Source of the DNA: Octopus sinensis
Lineage: Eukaryota
Direction of reading: 5' to 3'
DNA: 64,000 nucleotides
NCBI RefSeq assembly: GCF_006345805.1
Contig: NC_043003.1
Coordinates: 13,268,001 to 13,332,000, forward strand
Below are positions 1 through 14,400 of the stretch, piece by piece. Position 1 is the stretch's first letter, and each line of letters begins with the position of its first letter. The notes beneath the pieces were generated by a model. That model saw only the letters and a program-made list of their open reading frames with translations. It was not told the DNA's origin and searched no databases. Position numbers and translations under genes: made by a program.

Positions 1-196
1 CAGCCTGGTCTAGGAATTGAACTCACTACCTCATGATTGTGAGCCTAACACTCTAACCACTGAGTCCAAATGTATATGTATATTTGTACATGATAACATT
101 TCTGTGCAATTCAGAATGCAGAGTCTAATTCCTATGAAGGTCAATTGTTTTTCCATTTTTTTAAATGATGTTATATATAATATTTCATATCCTCAG

Positions 197-465
197 AAGA
201 CGGCTGGTATATTCTGTCAAAGAGATCGTGGCGCTCTAAATCTTACTCAAAGGCACGTATTGTTGGTCCAAGCATCCCTCCTTCTCAGACACGATGTCTG
301 AACTTTTGGTATCACATGTACGGAGCCTATGTGAATCAGCTACAAGTAAATGTCACACAAGGAACAACTACCAAAAAATTATGGGTGAAAACAGGTGACC
401 AGGGCAATTTATGGAGACAAGCTTTTATTCACATGGATAAGAGTGCATATAAAACTAATTACAAG
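197..465 (+). CDS. MAM gene exon 1 in window (domain A core)
   Basis: cctcag|AA..ACAAG|gtaaga; [63 protein letters not shown]; phase 1 to 0. Confidence 0.9.
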
Positions 466-741
466 GTAAGACTATAGAATTTTAAATGATCTATCTTTTC
501 TCTTTTTTTTTTCTTTTTTTACTCATTTCAAACATTTGATTGTGGCTATGCTGGAGCAATATCTTGAAGGGTTTTGTCGAACAAATCGACTACAGTACTT
601 TGTTTTTTTTAAAGACTTGTGTTTTGCTGAACTACTAAGTTATGGGGATGTGAACAAACCAACACTGGCTGTTAAGTGGTGGTGGTGGTGGTGGTGGACA
701 AACACAACATAAACACATAGACACAGATACACACATACACG

Positions 742-833
<92 letters not shown>

Positions 834-3681
834 TAGACATACACACCTGCTCAGAGGCCTGCATGAAGTTTTCCAAAAATGTTCATCATTCTTGACACAA
901 TTAAGGGGATCTTAGGCAACTGAAACCTGAGTGTCTTTTTGGTCAGCTGAAAGCAGTTTGGGCACAAACTTGGCAGACACGTGTCTCATACCCACATCTT
1001 CAGTGATAATGGACTGATCTGAACCATATCTAATCTGCACATCCTCTGATAACTCACAAATGATGATTCGACAATTTCCCCTCAGAGATGCACATACATC
1101 TGCAATGTTTTTCTCAGTTCTGCTGGTTGCAGGTCTCCCAGAACGTTCATCACTATCAACATATTTTGGCCATCTTGGAAACATCTGAATCACTCATACA
1201 CTTGTGTGCAGCTCATACACTCCTCTCCATACACTTTCTGCAATTTTGCATAAGCCTATGAGCAGGGTTTTTTTTTTTTTGCCATAAAACACACCAACCA
1301 ATCGTGACCGTTTCCAGCCTCCCCTGGCGCCTGTGCCGGTGTCACATAGAAAACACCCACTACACTCACAGAGTGGTTGGCGTTAGGAAAGGCATCCAGC
1401 TGTAGAAACACTGCCAGATCAGACTGGAGCCTGGTGCAGCCTCCTGACTTCTCAGACCCCGGTCGAACTGTCCAACCCATGCTAGCATGGAAAACGGACG
1501 TTAAACAATGATGATGATGATGATGATCAATGCGGCGATCGCATACTACACACATTCCTTTCAAGCATTGCTGTAAACATTGAAGTGAGCTAGAACGTTA
1601 AAATTTAGTGCACATGCACAGCAGAGTCCAAGGTCAATCTGTGCTGAGCAGCTTTACTCTGTGTGCTTTATATAAAGAGAGGGTAAAAAACCCCTTTGGT
1701 CATGAGATTGCGCCTAGAAAGTTTCCTTCTAAGGCACAAATCTGGGTAAGGTTGTTTATGGAAGACCAGCAGTTGCCCATGCGTATCAGCCCCCCCCCCT
1801 TCTCCATGCCACTGATATTACCCAAGGGAAAGACCAAAGACCGATATAGCTTAGCACCAGTGATATCGCAACTCATTTTTACAGCTGAGTGAACTGGAGC
1901 AACATGAAATAAAGTGGCACAAGTCTGGACAATCTTGTTTATGGAAGACCAGCAGTCGCCCATGTATACCAGCCTCCCCTCTACATGTGACCAATGTTAT
2001 TCAAGGGAAGGGCAAAAGCTGATACAGCTTGGTATCAGTAACATCGCAACTCATTTCTACAGCTGAGTGAACTGAAGCAACATGAAATAAAGTGTCTTGC
2101 TCAAGAACACAACACACAGCCCAGTCCAGGAATAGAACTCACTACCTCATGATTTTGAGCCTGGTGCTCTAACCACTGAGCCATGTGCCTTTACAAAAGA
2201 TAATGTGTGTGTGACCCCCTTCGGTCATGAATGACCATGGGATTGCACCTAGAAAGTTACCCTCCGAGGCACAAGTCTGGGCAAGGTTGTTTATGGAAGA
2301 CCAGCAGTCGCCCATGCATACCAGACTCCCCTCTCCACACCACCGATGTTATCCAAGGGAAAGGCAAAGGGGACAATACAGCTTGGCACCAGTAACGTTG
2401 CAGCTCATTTATTAACGTGCAAGTGGCTGAGCACTCCACAGACACATGTACCCTTAACGTAGTTCTCAGGGAGATTCAGCGTGACACAGAGTGTGACAAG
2501 GCTGGCCCTTTGAAATACAGGTACAACAGAAACAGGAAGAAAGAGTGAGAGAAAGTTGTGGCGAAAGAGTACAGCAGGGTTCTCCACCACCCCCTGCTGG
2601 AGCCTCGTGGAGCTTTAGATGTTTTTATTCAATAAACACTCACAATGCCCAGTCTGGGAATCGAAACCGCGATCCTACGGCTGCGAGTCCGCTGCCCTAA
2701 CCACTGGGCCATTGCGCCTCCACACGAAAGATAATGTAGTTATATAAATAATGATGTTTTATGACAGCGAAGTAGCTGCTGGGTCAATTAAATCAATGTT
2801 TTGCATTCAAAAAGGCTTCGTTTGAACAAACTTCTATAACCTTATCCACTGAGTCTAATTTTCTTTTTATTTTAGATCACATTTGAAGCAGTCGGTGGAA
2901 TTAATTATCGAGATTTTATTGCACTTGATGACATCCGCTTTACAGTGGGGGCTTGTCATGAAAGTAAGTCTCATTCACCTCCTTGCCTTTTTTTCCTTTA
3001 CGTTCTCTCTCATGTTTTCCAGTCTAAGTAGAAAAATACAATTTTTGTCCATATGTATGCACGAAATCATTTCTTGGATTCATAGCCAAGAATCAAAACC
3101 TTATCCTAGATTTTCATACAATATATATACATATATACATATATCAAAATCGAAATCAAAATCAAAGTGAAATTCGATGACAGGCACCTGTGATAGCGGG
3201 TTGCAAAGAGCACCATACGAGCATGATCATTGACAGAGCGGCTAACTGACTTCCGTGCCGGTGGCACATCAAAGGCACCATTGGAGTGTAATCGTTACCA
3301 GTGTCGCCTTACTGGCACTTAAGCCCCATGCTAGTAGGGTGCTAAGAGCACCATCCAAGTGTGATCGTTGCCAGAGCGGCTAACTGTCTTCTGTGCCGGT
3401 GGCATGTAAAAAGCACCATTCGAGCGTGATCGTTACCAGCATCACCTTACTGGCACCTGTGCTGATGGCATGTGTAACAAGATTCGAGTGGTTGGCGTTA
3501 GGAAGGGCATCCATCTATAGAAACTCTGCCAGATCAAGACTGGAGCCTGGTGCAGCCATCTGGTTTGCCAGCCTTCAGTCAAACCGTCCAAACCATGCTA
3601 GCATGGAAAGCCGATGTTAAACGATGATGATGATGATGATGATGATGATATACACATATAAATGCATATATATGTGTGTGT

Positions 3682-3744
<63 letters not shown>

Positions 3745-4462
3745 ATTTAGAGACAAGCCACTATTTAGTAATATTGCTCAAGGAGCTGCCTTCTAAGTCT
3801 TATAATGTTATCAGCCTCATGTATGCAAACTTGGTCAAGGGATGCACTTTAACACTTGGTGGTTAAAAGATGTTGCTGAAGGGATCTGATACAACATTCA
3901 AAGGCATTTTTGATCCATGTTAAGCCTCTGCCACTTTGTTTTTGTTTTAGGTAGAGGTGGTCTACATCACAGTTTACGTGGAAATTATGTGTTCACTAGT
4001 ATTTTGGGGTTTTCACATCAGTGGCTCAGATCTCATCAAGCATCCAATCAAGCAGCCCAAATGTTGGCAGAAACGTTAGCACACCCGGCGAAATGCTTTG
4101 CGGTATTTCGTCTGCCGTTACGTTCTGAGTTCAAATTCCACCAAGGTCGACTTTGCCTTTCATCCTTTCGGGGTTGATTAAATAAGTACCAGTTACACAC
4201 AGGGGTCAATGTAATCGACTTAATCCGTTTGTCTGTCCTTGTTTGTCCCCTCTATGTTTAGCCCCTTGTGGGTAATAAAGAAATAGGTATGAGTACTGGC
4301 ACTGCAAACGCATCGTGGGCCATTGTTGTATTGAATGCAAAGTGCTATGACGTCCTAATTTTCTTTATTCGGCAGTAATATTCTTTAGTGACACATGTTT
4401 TCTTACAGGTGCCATTGTAAGATGTTTACATCTACCCCTAGATATCTGTAACATTCCTCATC

Positions 4463-4494
<32 letters not shown>

Positions 4495-6127
4495 TTGAGA
4501 AATCTCAAGTCGCGCATGAGAAAGTAAGGAGGGATGTCAGGAAGGGCATCACTGTTACACTTCCAGATGGGAAGGGTCTTCCTATGATACTGACATGCAG
4601 TGTCTGTGCAAGACTCTGCCTCAGTAAAGCTGGACTCAAGAGTCATCTTCGTAGTCATAAAGCGAGACAGATTAGTTACACACCATACTAATCATATCTA
4701 CCAGGCATGTGGAAGAGAGTGTAATTTGGCAGGAGGACTTAAACGACATGCAAAGGTACATGAAGCCCAGTTACAACTACAGCCGGCAATTGCCGGTAAA
4801 GGTTTTAGCTACCAATTCTGTACAAGACATTGTAGATCTTTAGCTGGGCTAAAAAGTCACATTTGATCACAGCACCAATAACAGAAAAGCTTCGTGCAGT
4901 AGCCATACTCGATAACGAGGGGGCAGCCATCATGTATGTATGTATTTATGTATGTATTTATGTATGTATATTGCTTTTAAAGGCGGTACATAAAGTAGCT
5001 AAAGCAATAAAGCATGTTCTTCACTCCTGCTCCAGAGTGTGGGCTGTGGGGTCACTCCAAAATGCTCTATCTACAACGATTTCATCTCAATCGAAGGAGA
5101 GGGGCTTTCTCCGTCCGGGTTGCAGATCCCTGGGATAAGCTGCCAGATGAGATAGTGATGATGTCAACGACCGCTCAGTTCAAAGTCTCTCTTGACCAGA
5201 AATAGCCTGAACTCTTTGTATGACCACCCTCCCTGTACATAACTCCCTGTCCCCCTACATGGCATTGCTTTTGGTTTTTGAGCCAATAAAAATTGAATTG
5301 AATTGAAAAATATGTGGTAGGGATATAGAATCCTAGTGAGCACCTTAATCACATGTACCAGTTATTAATGCCGGCTAACCTTCATGACTGTATATAAATT
5401 CCAGTTACTTTTATTTTGCTAACAACAGTTTATCTTCACATTGGTAAATCCATATGTCTCTATAGACACTGCTTTTTTCCAGAAAAATGCAGTCTTTGTA
5501 GACACATAGATTTATAAGTGTAAAGATATATTTATAAGTGTAAAGATATTAGTAAATCAAACTACCTAGAGATTTTCATTGTATATATATATATATGTAT
5601 CATCATCATCATCATCATCGTTTAACGTCCGTTTTCCATGCTAGCATGGGTTGGATGGTTCGACCGGGGTCTGGGAAGCCAGGAGGCTGCACCAGGCTCC
5701 AGTCTGATCTGGCAGTGTTTCTATAGCTGGATGCCCTTCCTAACGCCAACCACTCTGTGAGTATAGTGGGTGCTTTTTACGTGCCACCGGCACAGGGGCC
5801 AGAGGAGGCTGGTAATGTCCATGATTGGTTGGTGCATTTTATGTGCCACTGGCACAGACACCAGTCAAGGCAGTGCTGGCATCGGCCACATTCGGATGGT
5901 GTTTTTTTATATGCCACCGGCACGGGTATCACAACTACAATTTCCATTTGATTTTTATTTTGATGTTGATGTATTTGACTCAATAGATTTCCTCAAGCAC
6001 AGCAGGTCACCCTACGATCCAAGGTAAGCACAGCAGGCCGTCCTGTGAGCCATGAACTCACTTCATTTGTCTTCGCAGTCACAGCATATCTCCAGAGGTC
6101 TTGGTTTTTCGTCATTGCCTCTGTGAG

Positions 6128-6178
<51 letters not shown>

Positions 6179-6479
6179 ATATTATTGATCTTTCTTACAA
6201 AAAATATAGAGCTGCTTAAGAAGTGCTCGGGTTGAACCCATGACAAAAGATAAGAATTAAGATGTAAACACAAATTAGTTCTCTTTTTCTCAAATTTTCT
6301 TCCATATGGGTTTTATTTACATGTATTTTTATGTAAATTTATATATATTTATGTTTTATAAATATTTTTTAAAATATGCATGTGCATCAATATGTATTAA
6401 TATGTGTATGTATATGCATTTTAAGTCGAATTTATAAGTGTATGAGTATGATTGCCTAATTTAGGTTTATATCTTAATT

Positions 6480-6515
<36 letters not shown>

Positions 6516-9500
6516 AGTTCAGCAAAATTTAGATTCAGATGAATAAGGTATTTAAGTCAAAGGCACCAGAATTTTGTATGGTATTATCCATATAAATCCA
6601 TGGGGTGATTATAATCAAAATAAGCAACAAGTATATCCAAGGTAATGTGGTACAATCGTTTCATGCTACTTCATTTTATTAAACACTGTAAGTATTACAT
6701 CAGTTTTAAAATGTCATGCAATCTTCAGCCACTTATAGAAAATTTCTATAAAATTATAGAAAATTTCTATAAGTGGCTGAAGATTGCTCGACATTTTAAA
6801 CAGTGTTTAATAAAATGAAGTAGCATGAAACGATTGTACTACATTACCTCGGATATACTTGTGGCTTAATTTGAGTATATATATATACATGTGTGTGTGT
6901 GTTTGTGTGTAAAAAGGTTGAATTAGATTCGTCCTTTAATTTGAAGGTTTCCAAAATAGATTTCTAATAGTGATTCTTCATATTTTGCTGGTAGCTTATT
7001 TGTGTAAATTTGCAAATATGAAAATAATACTTGTATATCTGGTGTGAAATTACGAAAAGAAATCCCAGAAAACTCAACGATTTTGTTAAAAATAAAGAAG
7101 AGAAAATGTTAAAATGTATAAGAGAATTTCAATTCTGTTATATATTTTAACATCTTCTCTTCTCCATTTTTAACTAAATTGTTGAGTTTTATGAGATTTC
7201 CTTCCATAATTTCATGAGACATCATATACAAGTATGTGTGTGTGTTTGTATAAAGCCAGAGTTTATTTCAAGAAAGCTGAGATAAAACTTTTATTTCCTT
7301 ATCCAGATAACCCAACATTCTGTGATTTTGAATCAGAGGACAAATGTAATTATACTCATAACAAGAACGCTGACTTTGAATGGACCTGGCACCATGGAAG
7401 GACACAAAGCTCAGGAACCGGGCCAACTGCGGATCACACCATGGGAACTCCATCAGGACATTATTTCTACATTGAAACCTCATCCAAGAAAGTGAACCAA
7501 ACAGCCCAGCTGATTAGTCCTATGTATCATACTGACACACCAACGTGCTTACATTTCTATTATTTTATGTATGGTGATGATATCAATACACTAAATATAT
7601 ATCAGGCGTTTGGGAACCAATTTGATGAATTAAAATCCCCACTGTGGAACATGGAACATTCCCAAGGCCCTAATTGGATTGAAGGCACAGTAACACTTGC
7701 TGCACATGGTAACTATACGGTAAGCTATAAGCAATATTATTTGTCTGCTATAAGTTTAAAGGGAAAATTGACATAGAAGAATGATGTACAAAATGTGTTT
7801 TTGAATTTAGTTTCATCTCTCGAGATTTTAAGTCCAGATTTTGACATAAGATGGCCAGCTATTACAAATAATATTCTATGAACAATTGGTGCCCTGTTCT
7901 CAGCTGTGAGAGTGATGAAGGTGTGCATCAGTTCGAAGGTCTTGTTATGGGACACAAACAAATGTATTGACTTATTTGCACTCAAAACCCATGAGCTGTC
8001 ATTCCAATACCTCCATCACTAATCCATTTTGACCCATCCACTACTACCACCATCACCACCACCACCACTACGACTACCACCATAACTACAAATGTCTCAA
8101 AATCTCATTTCTAAAAGTGAAATACACTTACCAAAAATTTTCAACTCTGTGTCTTGATTCCAATTCCTTATAATCTGGGTTCCTGCTGAGACCAACATTA
8201 ACTTTTATTATTTTGGTGGGTGATAAAACAAAAAGCACCAATCTGGGAGGGTTTGGGATAGACAGAACTATTTAAACATTAAACAGAATGTCTTGAGGTA
8301 TCTGTTCCAGTTCTTTGTGTTCTGAATGTGGTACCTGTGCAATAACACGTGTGCTAAGTTGCATTGGCATTACCATTTTCATGGGACTTGAGCTGGGCCA
8401 TAGAACAAGGAAGACTAAGAACCCCTAATCTCCACAAAACACCCTTATCCAAATCTATACCATGGTGAAGAACTTTCCAGGAGCAAAACCACAAAATCCA
8501 TAGTCAACCATGATTGAAAAGAGACTTAGATATATTTTTCTACTCTAACGTCAAGGCCTGAAATTTTTGGAGAGCAAGGGCCAGTCAATTAGATCGACCC
8601 TAGTATGCAACTGGTACTTAATTTATCAACCCCGAAAGGATGAAAGGCAAAGTCAACCTCAGCAGAATTTGAACTCAGAACGTAATGGCAGATGAAATAC
8701 TGCTAAGCATTTTGCCCAGCATGCTAACATTTCTGCCAGCTCACTGCCTAAAGAGACTAAAATATTTATTTCTTTACTGCTCACAAGGGGCTGAACATAG
8801 AGGGAACAAACAAGGACAGACAAAGGGATTAAGTCGTTTTCATCAACACCAGTGTGAAACTGGTACTTTATTTATTGAGCCTGAAAGGATGAAAGGCAAA
8901 GTCGACCTCAGCGGAATTTGAACTCAGAACATAGCGACAGACGAAATACTGCTAAGCATTTTGCCTGGCGTGCTAACATTTCTGCCAGCTCACTGCTTTA
9001 GGAGACTAAGATATTGTCTTCACTTGAATGTCTTCCTTTCCTTGGTGTTTTACTTTTTCCTCGTATTTTTCGTAAGGTAGCAAACAGGTAGAAGCGTTAA
9101 CAAGTCAGACAAATGCTTAACAGCATTTGTACCCCTTCTTCATGTTCTGGGTTCAAATTTAGGGGAGATCGACTTTGCCTTTAATTTTTTCAGGACCCAT
9201 GAAATAAGTACCTGATGAACATTGGAGTTGTAACTGGCTAACCCCCTTCACCAAAATTTCAGGCCCTGTGCATATAGAAATAAATAGAATTATATTTTTC
9301 CATAAGGTGGAGTACCGATAGAATTGTTTGCAAGTTGGACAAAATGCTTAGCAGCATTTCTTTTAGCCCTTTGTATTCTAGGGACAAATTCCACCAAGGT
9401 TGACTTTGCCTTTCATCTTTTCAGGGTTGGTAAAATAAGTACCAGTTCACCATTGGGATCAATGTAATCGACCAGCCCCCTCCTGCAAAATTTCAAGTCT

Positions 9501-10989
9501 TGTACCTAGAGTAGAAAGAAACAAAACTATATTTTTCCATTAGGTGGAGAGCTGGTAGAATCATTTGCCTGTTGGACAAAATGCTTAGCGAAATTCTTAG
9601 TCTCTTCCAGCTCTTTGTATTCTGGGGACAAATTCTACCGAGGTCAACTTAGCCTTTCATCCTTTCAGGGTTGATAAAATAAATACCTATTTCTTTACTA
9701 CCCACAAGGGGCTACACACAGAGTGGACAAACAAGGACAGACAAAGGGATTAAGTCGATTACATCGACCCCTGTGCATAAATGGTACTTAATCTATCAAC
9801 CCCGAAGAGATGAAAGGCAAAGTTGACCTCGGTGGAATTTGAACTCAGCACGTAAAGACAGACGAAATACTGTTAAGCATTTCGCCTGGCATGCTAACAT
9901 TTCTGCCAGCTCGCCGCCTTCATAGAATAAATACCACTTCGACACTGGTCAATGTAATCAACTTAACCACTTCCTTAAAAATTGCTGGCCCTGTGCCAAA
10001 ATAGAAGACCTTTAAAATATTCCATTCATATCCCTCTTCTTTTGATATATTTTCCTCAGGTCATATTTGAAGGAATATCAGGAAAAGGCTTTAGAGGTGA
10101 CATTGCCATTGATGATATTTTCCAAACCAATGGATCATGTCAAACACCAGGTACATTTTTTTTTATTCTGTTTTGTTTTATTTTTTGGTTTGCTTATTAT
10201 GTGACACCAACGCCAGTGCTTTTTACATGGTTCCATCACCAGTGCTTTTTACATGGCTCCGGCAATAGTGTTTTTTACATGGCACCATCACCAGTGCTTT
10301 TATGTGACACCAACGCCAGTGCTTTTTACATGGCTCCATCACCAGTGCTTTTTACATGGCACCAGCAACAGTGTTTTTACATGGTGCCAGCACCAGCACT
10401 TTTTATGTGGCTCCAACACCAGTACTTTTCGTGACACCATCACCAGTACTCTTTATGTGACACCAGCACCGGTACTTTGTACTTGCCACCATCACCAGTG
10501 CTTTTATGTGATGTCCAATGCCTGTACTTTTTTCATGGCTCCGGCACCAGTACTTTTTATATGGAACCAGCAACAGTGTTTTTTACGTGGCATGAGCACT
10601 AGTACTTTTTTATGTGGCTCCAGCACCAGTACTTTTTATATGGAACCAGCAACAGTGTTTTTTACATGGCATGAGCACTAGTACTTTTTATGTGGCTCCA
10701 GCACCAGTACATTTTACGTGGCACCAGCATTGTTAATTTCTTCAGAGTGAGCTGAGTGCACAAGTTGTGCTCTGGCAATGGGGATGAAATCCAGGTCATC
10801 TGCAGAGATACGAGCAGCATTGTCCATCAGTAAAATGTAATTAGATGTAATTTGTAAATGCAATATGTGCTCATAGCTTTGCATCTAGTTCCACTGCATG
10901 GTACCCTTGGAAAGGATCTTCTGTTATGGCTGTAAGCTGACCAAAGCCTTGTAAGTGAATTCAGCAGACAGCAACTGAAAGAAGACTGT

Positions 10990-11060
<71 letters not shown>

Positions 11061-11369
11061 CTGTCCGTTCATCTCCGTTGCCCTTTTCGAGCCTAGCCAG
11101 GCTCATGGGCCCGGTTCCCCAGTTTCTGTGGCGTATGTGATCCCCCCAGCTGGACGGGACGCCAGTCCACCACAGCATTACTCAAGAAACAAGAAGAGAG
11201 TGCGAGAGAAAGTTGTGGTGAAAGAGTACAACAGGGGTCCCCACCACCCCCTGCCAGAGCCTCGTGCTGCTTTTAGGTGTTTTCGCTCAATAAACACACA
11301 CAATGCCCAGTCTGGGAATCGAAACCGCGAGTCCGCTGCCCTAACCACTGGGCCATTGCGCCTCCACAC

Positions 11370-11420
<51 letters not shown>

Positions 11421-14400
11421 TACATACATACATATATATAATGGGGGGGAGTTGTGCCTCTTTGTCTTGACATCACATGGTTGTAAGCGAGAGTCCCCAT
11501 CACACAAATGGTGGCATTCACTTCTAGTCTTCCATGAAAACATGTCAGGCCTAGGAAAACTAGAATATTATCTTACTTGGAAAAAGTTACCAACAGAAAG
11601 GGCATCTGGCTATAGAAAAATCTGCTTTAATGAATTCCATCAGACCTATGCAAGCTCACGTGGAGGCACATGGCCTAGTTGTTAGAGCAGCAAACTCGCG
11701 GTCAAGGGATCGTGGGTTCGAATCTCAGACCAGGCAATGTATGTGTTTATGAGTGAAACACCTAAGCTCCACTCGGCTCCGGCATAAGGTAATGGCGAAC
11801 TCTTTCGCCACAACTTTCTCTCACTCTTTCCTCCTGCATCTTGCAGCTCACCTGCGATGGACCAGCGTCCCATCCAGGTGGGGAACCTATATGCCAAGGA
11901 AACTGGGGAACCGGCCTTTATGAGCCAGGTGTTGCTCAAGAAGGAACAAACAAAGCATGCAAACATGCAAATGTGGGCATTTCAATGATGACACTGGCCA
12001 ATCTTTCCTCACATACTCTTTGATTGAACCATAAGATGTGTATGAATGAACAGGTGCTTAGTTTATTTTATTGGTAATTAAAATATTTTTAACCCTTTTC
12101 TAATTATATAATTCCACTATTTTATATACACATATATAAAATATTTTTTTCAACTACTCAGGTTTCTGTGATTTTGAAAATGGTCCCTGCAATTGGAGAA
12201 ATGACAAGCTGGATGACTTTGATTGGGTTATCGGTCAAGGACTCACCTTAACAGATCAGACTGGTCCTATATATGACCACACCTATAACAACGCTAAAGG
12301 ACACTATATGTACATAGACTCTAGCAGCCCAATTCGTCCAGGAGATGTCGCTCACCTTCTCAGTGAGCATTTATCAGCAAATAAGAAACCAGGCTGCTTG
12401 AAATTCTGGTACCAGATGTATGGAAAGGATGTAAATGCTTTGAATGTTTTGGTGCGAAAGTCTTTTGGCTTTTTGCGCCACTATGATGCTGCCTTCATTT
12501 GGACTGTAAATGGCAACCAGGGACAGAAATGGTTTAGTGCTCAAGTGTATATAGATCCGAAATACACTGGCATGAGTCATCAGGTAAAGTTGCTTCATTT
12601 TCTAAAACTTTCAACATCAGAATATATCTCTCATCTTTATCATCGTCGTCATCATCATCATCATCGTCATCGTCATCATCATCGTCATCAAGATCATTAC
12701 CTTCTTCCTCTTCTTCCATCTTATTATCATGAGTATCATCATCATCATCGTCGTCATCATCATTGTCATCGTCATCATTGTTGTTCTCATCATCACCATC
12801 ACTACTATCATCATCATCATCACACCACCATTATCACCACCACCACCATCATCATCACCATCACCAGTATCACCATCATCATCATTGTCATCATCATCCC
12901 TTCTTCTTCTTCTTCTTCTTCTTCTTCTTCTTCTTCTTCTTCTTCTTCTTCTCTCCACCAAAATTTGACACCATTGTTATATAAATCATAGTAATTCCAC
13001 ACAGAGAAAAATCAAGGAACTCCCTAAATCCAGGATCACCCTGACTGTCAAGGTCAAGTACTCTCCCTCTCACTCCCTCTCTCTCTCCCTCTCTCGTTTC
13101 TCTCACACTCTCTCTCTCTCCCTCTTCCCCTCTTAGCTGTTTTCTTCAGCCTACAGCCACATACTCAATGTAAGTCTTTTCATATAAAAAAAAAGAGCAC
13201 TCCGTCGGTTACGACGATGAGGGTCCCAGCTGATACGATCAACGAAACAGCTTGCTCGTGGAATTAACGTGTAAGTGGATGAGCACTCCACAGACACGTG
13301 TACCCTTAACGTAGTTCTCGAGGAGATTCAGCGTGACACAGAGTGTGACAAGGCTGGCCCTTTGAAATACAAGTACAACAGAAACAGGAAGAAAGAGTGA
13401 GAGAAAGTTGTGGTGAAAGAGTACAGCAGGATTCACCACCACCCCCTGCAGGAGCCCCGTGAAGCTTTAGGTGTTTTCGCTCAATAAACACTCACAATGC
13501 CCGGTCTGGGAATCGAAACCGCGATCCTACGACAGCGAGTCTGCTGCCCTAACCACTGGGCCATTGCGCCTCCACTCTTTTCATATAAGCTTATAATGGA
13601 AGGCAAGGTTTACAATATCAGAAGAATATCGTCTTCTTCCATCATCTTTTCGTTTTTCATATAGTTCAGGCTTCTGACAGGCGAAGAGAGATGACTTCAA
13701 GTACAAATGCTATTTACAAATGGTTTTATTTACAAGTTTCACAGCATAGGTGAAGTGTGCTGCTCTCAGCAACCATCTTTAGCTGTGTACGTTGTGTAGT
13801 AGCCCCGATAGTGCGGGCGCAAATTGCCTCTGGAGGTACAACATGCAGACAGGCCCAGCCAGTTGTGGTATTCAGCCAGCACGGCGAGCTGGCAGAAACA
13901 TTAGCACGCCAGGCGAAATGCTTAGAGGCATTTCATCTGTGTTACATTGTGAGTTCAAATTCCGCTGAGGTCGACTTTGCCTTTCATCTTTTCGGGGTCG
14001 ATAAATTAAGTACCAGTTACGCACTGAGGTCGATGTAATCGACTTAATACCTATGTCTGTCCTTGTTTGTCCCCTCTGTGTTTAGCCCCTTGTGGGTAAT
14101 AAAGAAATAGGTATTCAGCCAGCACTGCTGTGAAGTGGCACCAAAAGAGGCAGGTCTGAATCGAGTTTTCCCTTATATACAGTTTTCCATTGCGAGCCTT
14201 GTGATCTCGCGCATGGCAAATGGATGCAGGTGAAGTCTCGCTCCAGTCTCGGAGAAAGCAATAGCTGTCGCAAGATCTCATCCAATATGGCGCTGACTGC
14301 TTGTGCCACTACAAGCCATTTTCACAATTCACACACTTTTCTGCAAATCCCCTTGAGGCCAACACTTCTATCTCTATTCTTTATCTTTACTTTCCTCTCA

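Noticed and set aside
4495-4930. Host C2H2 zinc-finger gene
   Set aside because: Both copies are frameshifted, lack TGEKP linkers and splice signals, and one has a poly(A) tail, which fits a retroelement 3' end.
10191-10729. Regularly spaced repeats resembling a CRISPR array
   Set aside because: Units are contiguous with no unique spacers, there are no cas genes, and the context is a eukaryotic intron.
13500-13575. tRNA genes
   Set aside because: All tRNA-like segments continue into SINE bodies, several have TSDs, and none gave a complete cloverleaf with acceptor stem.
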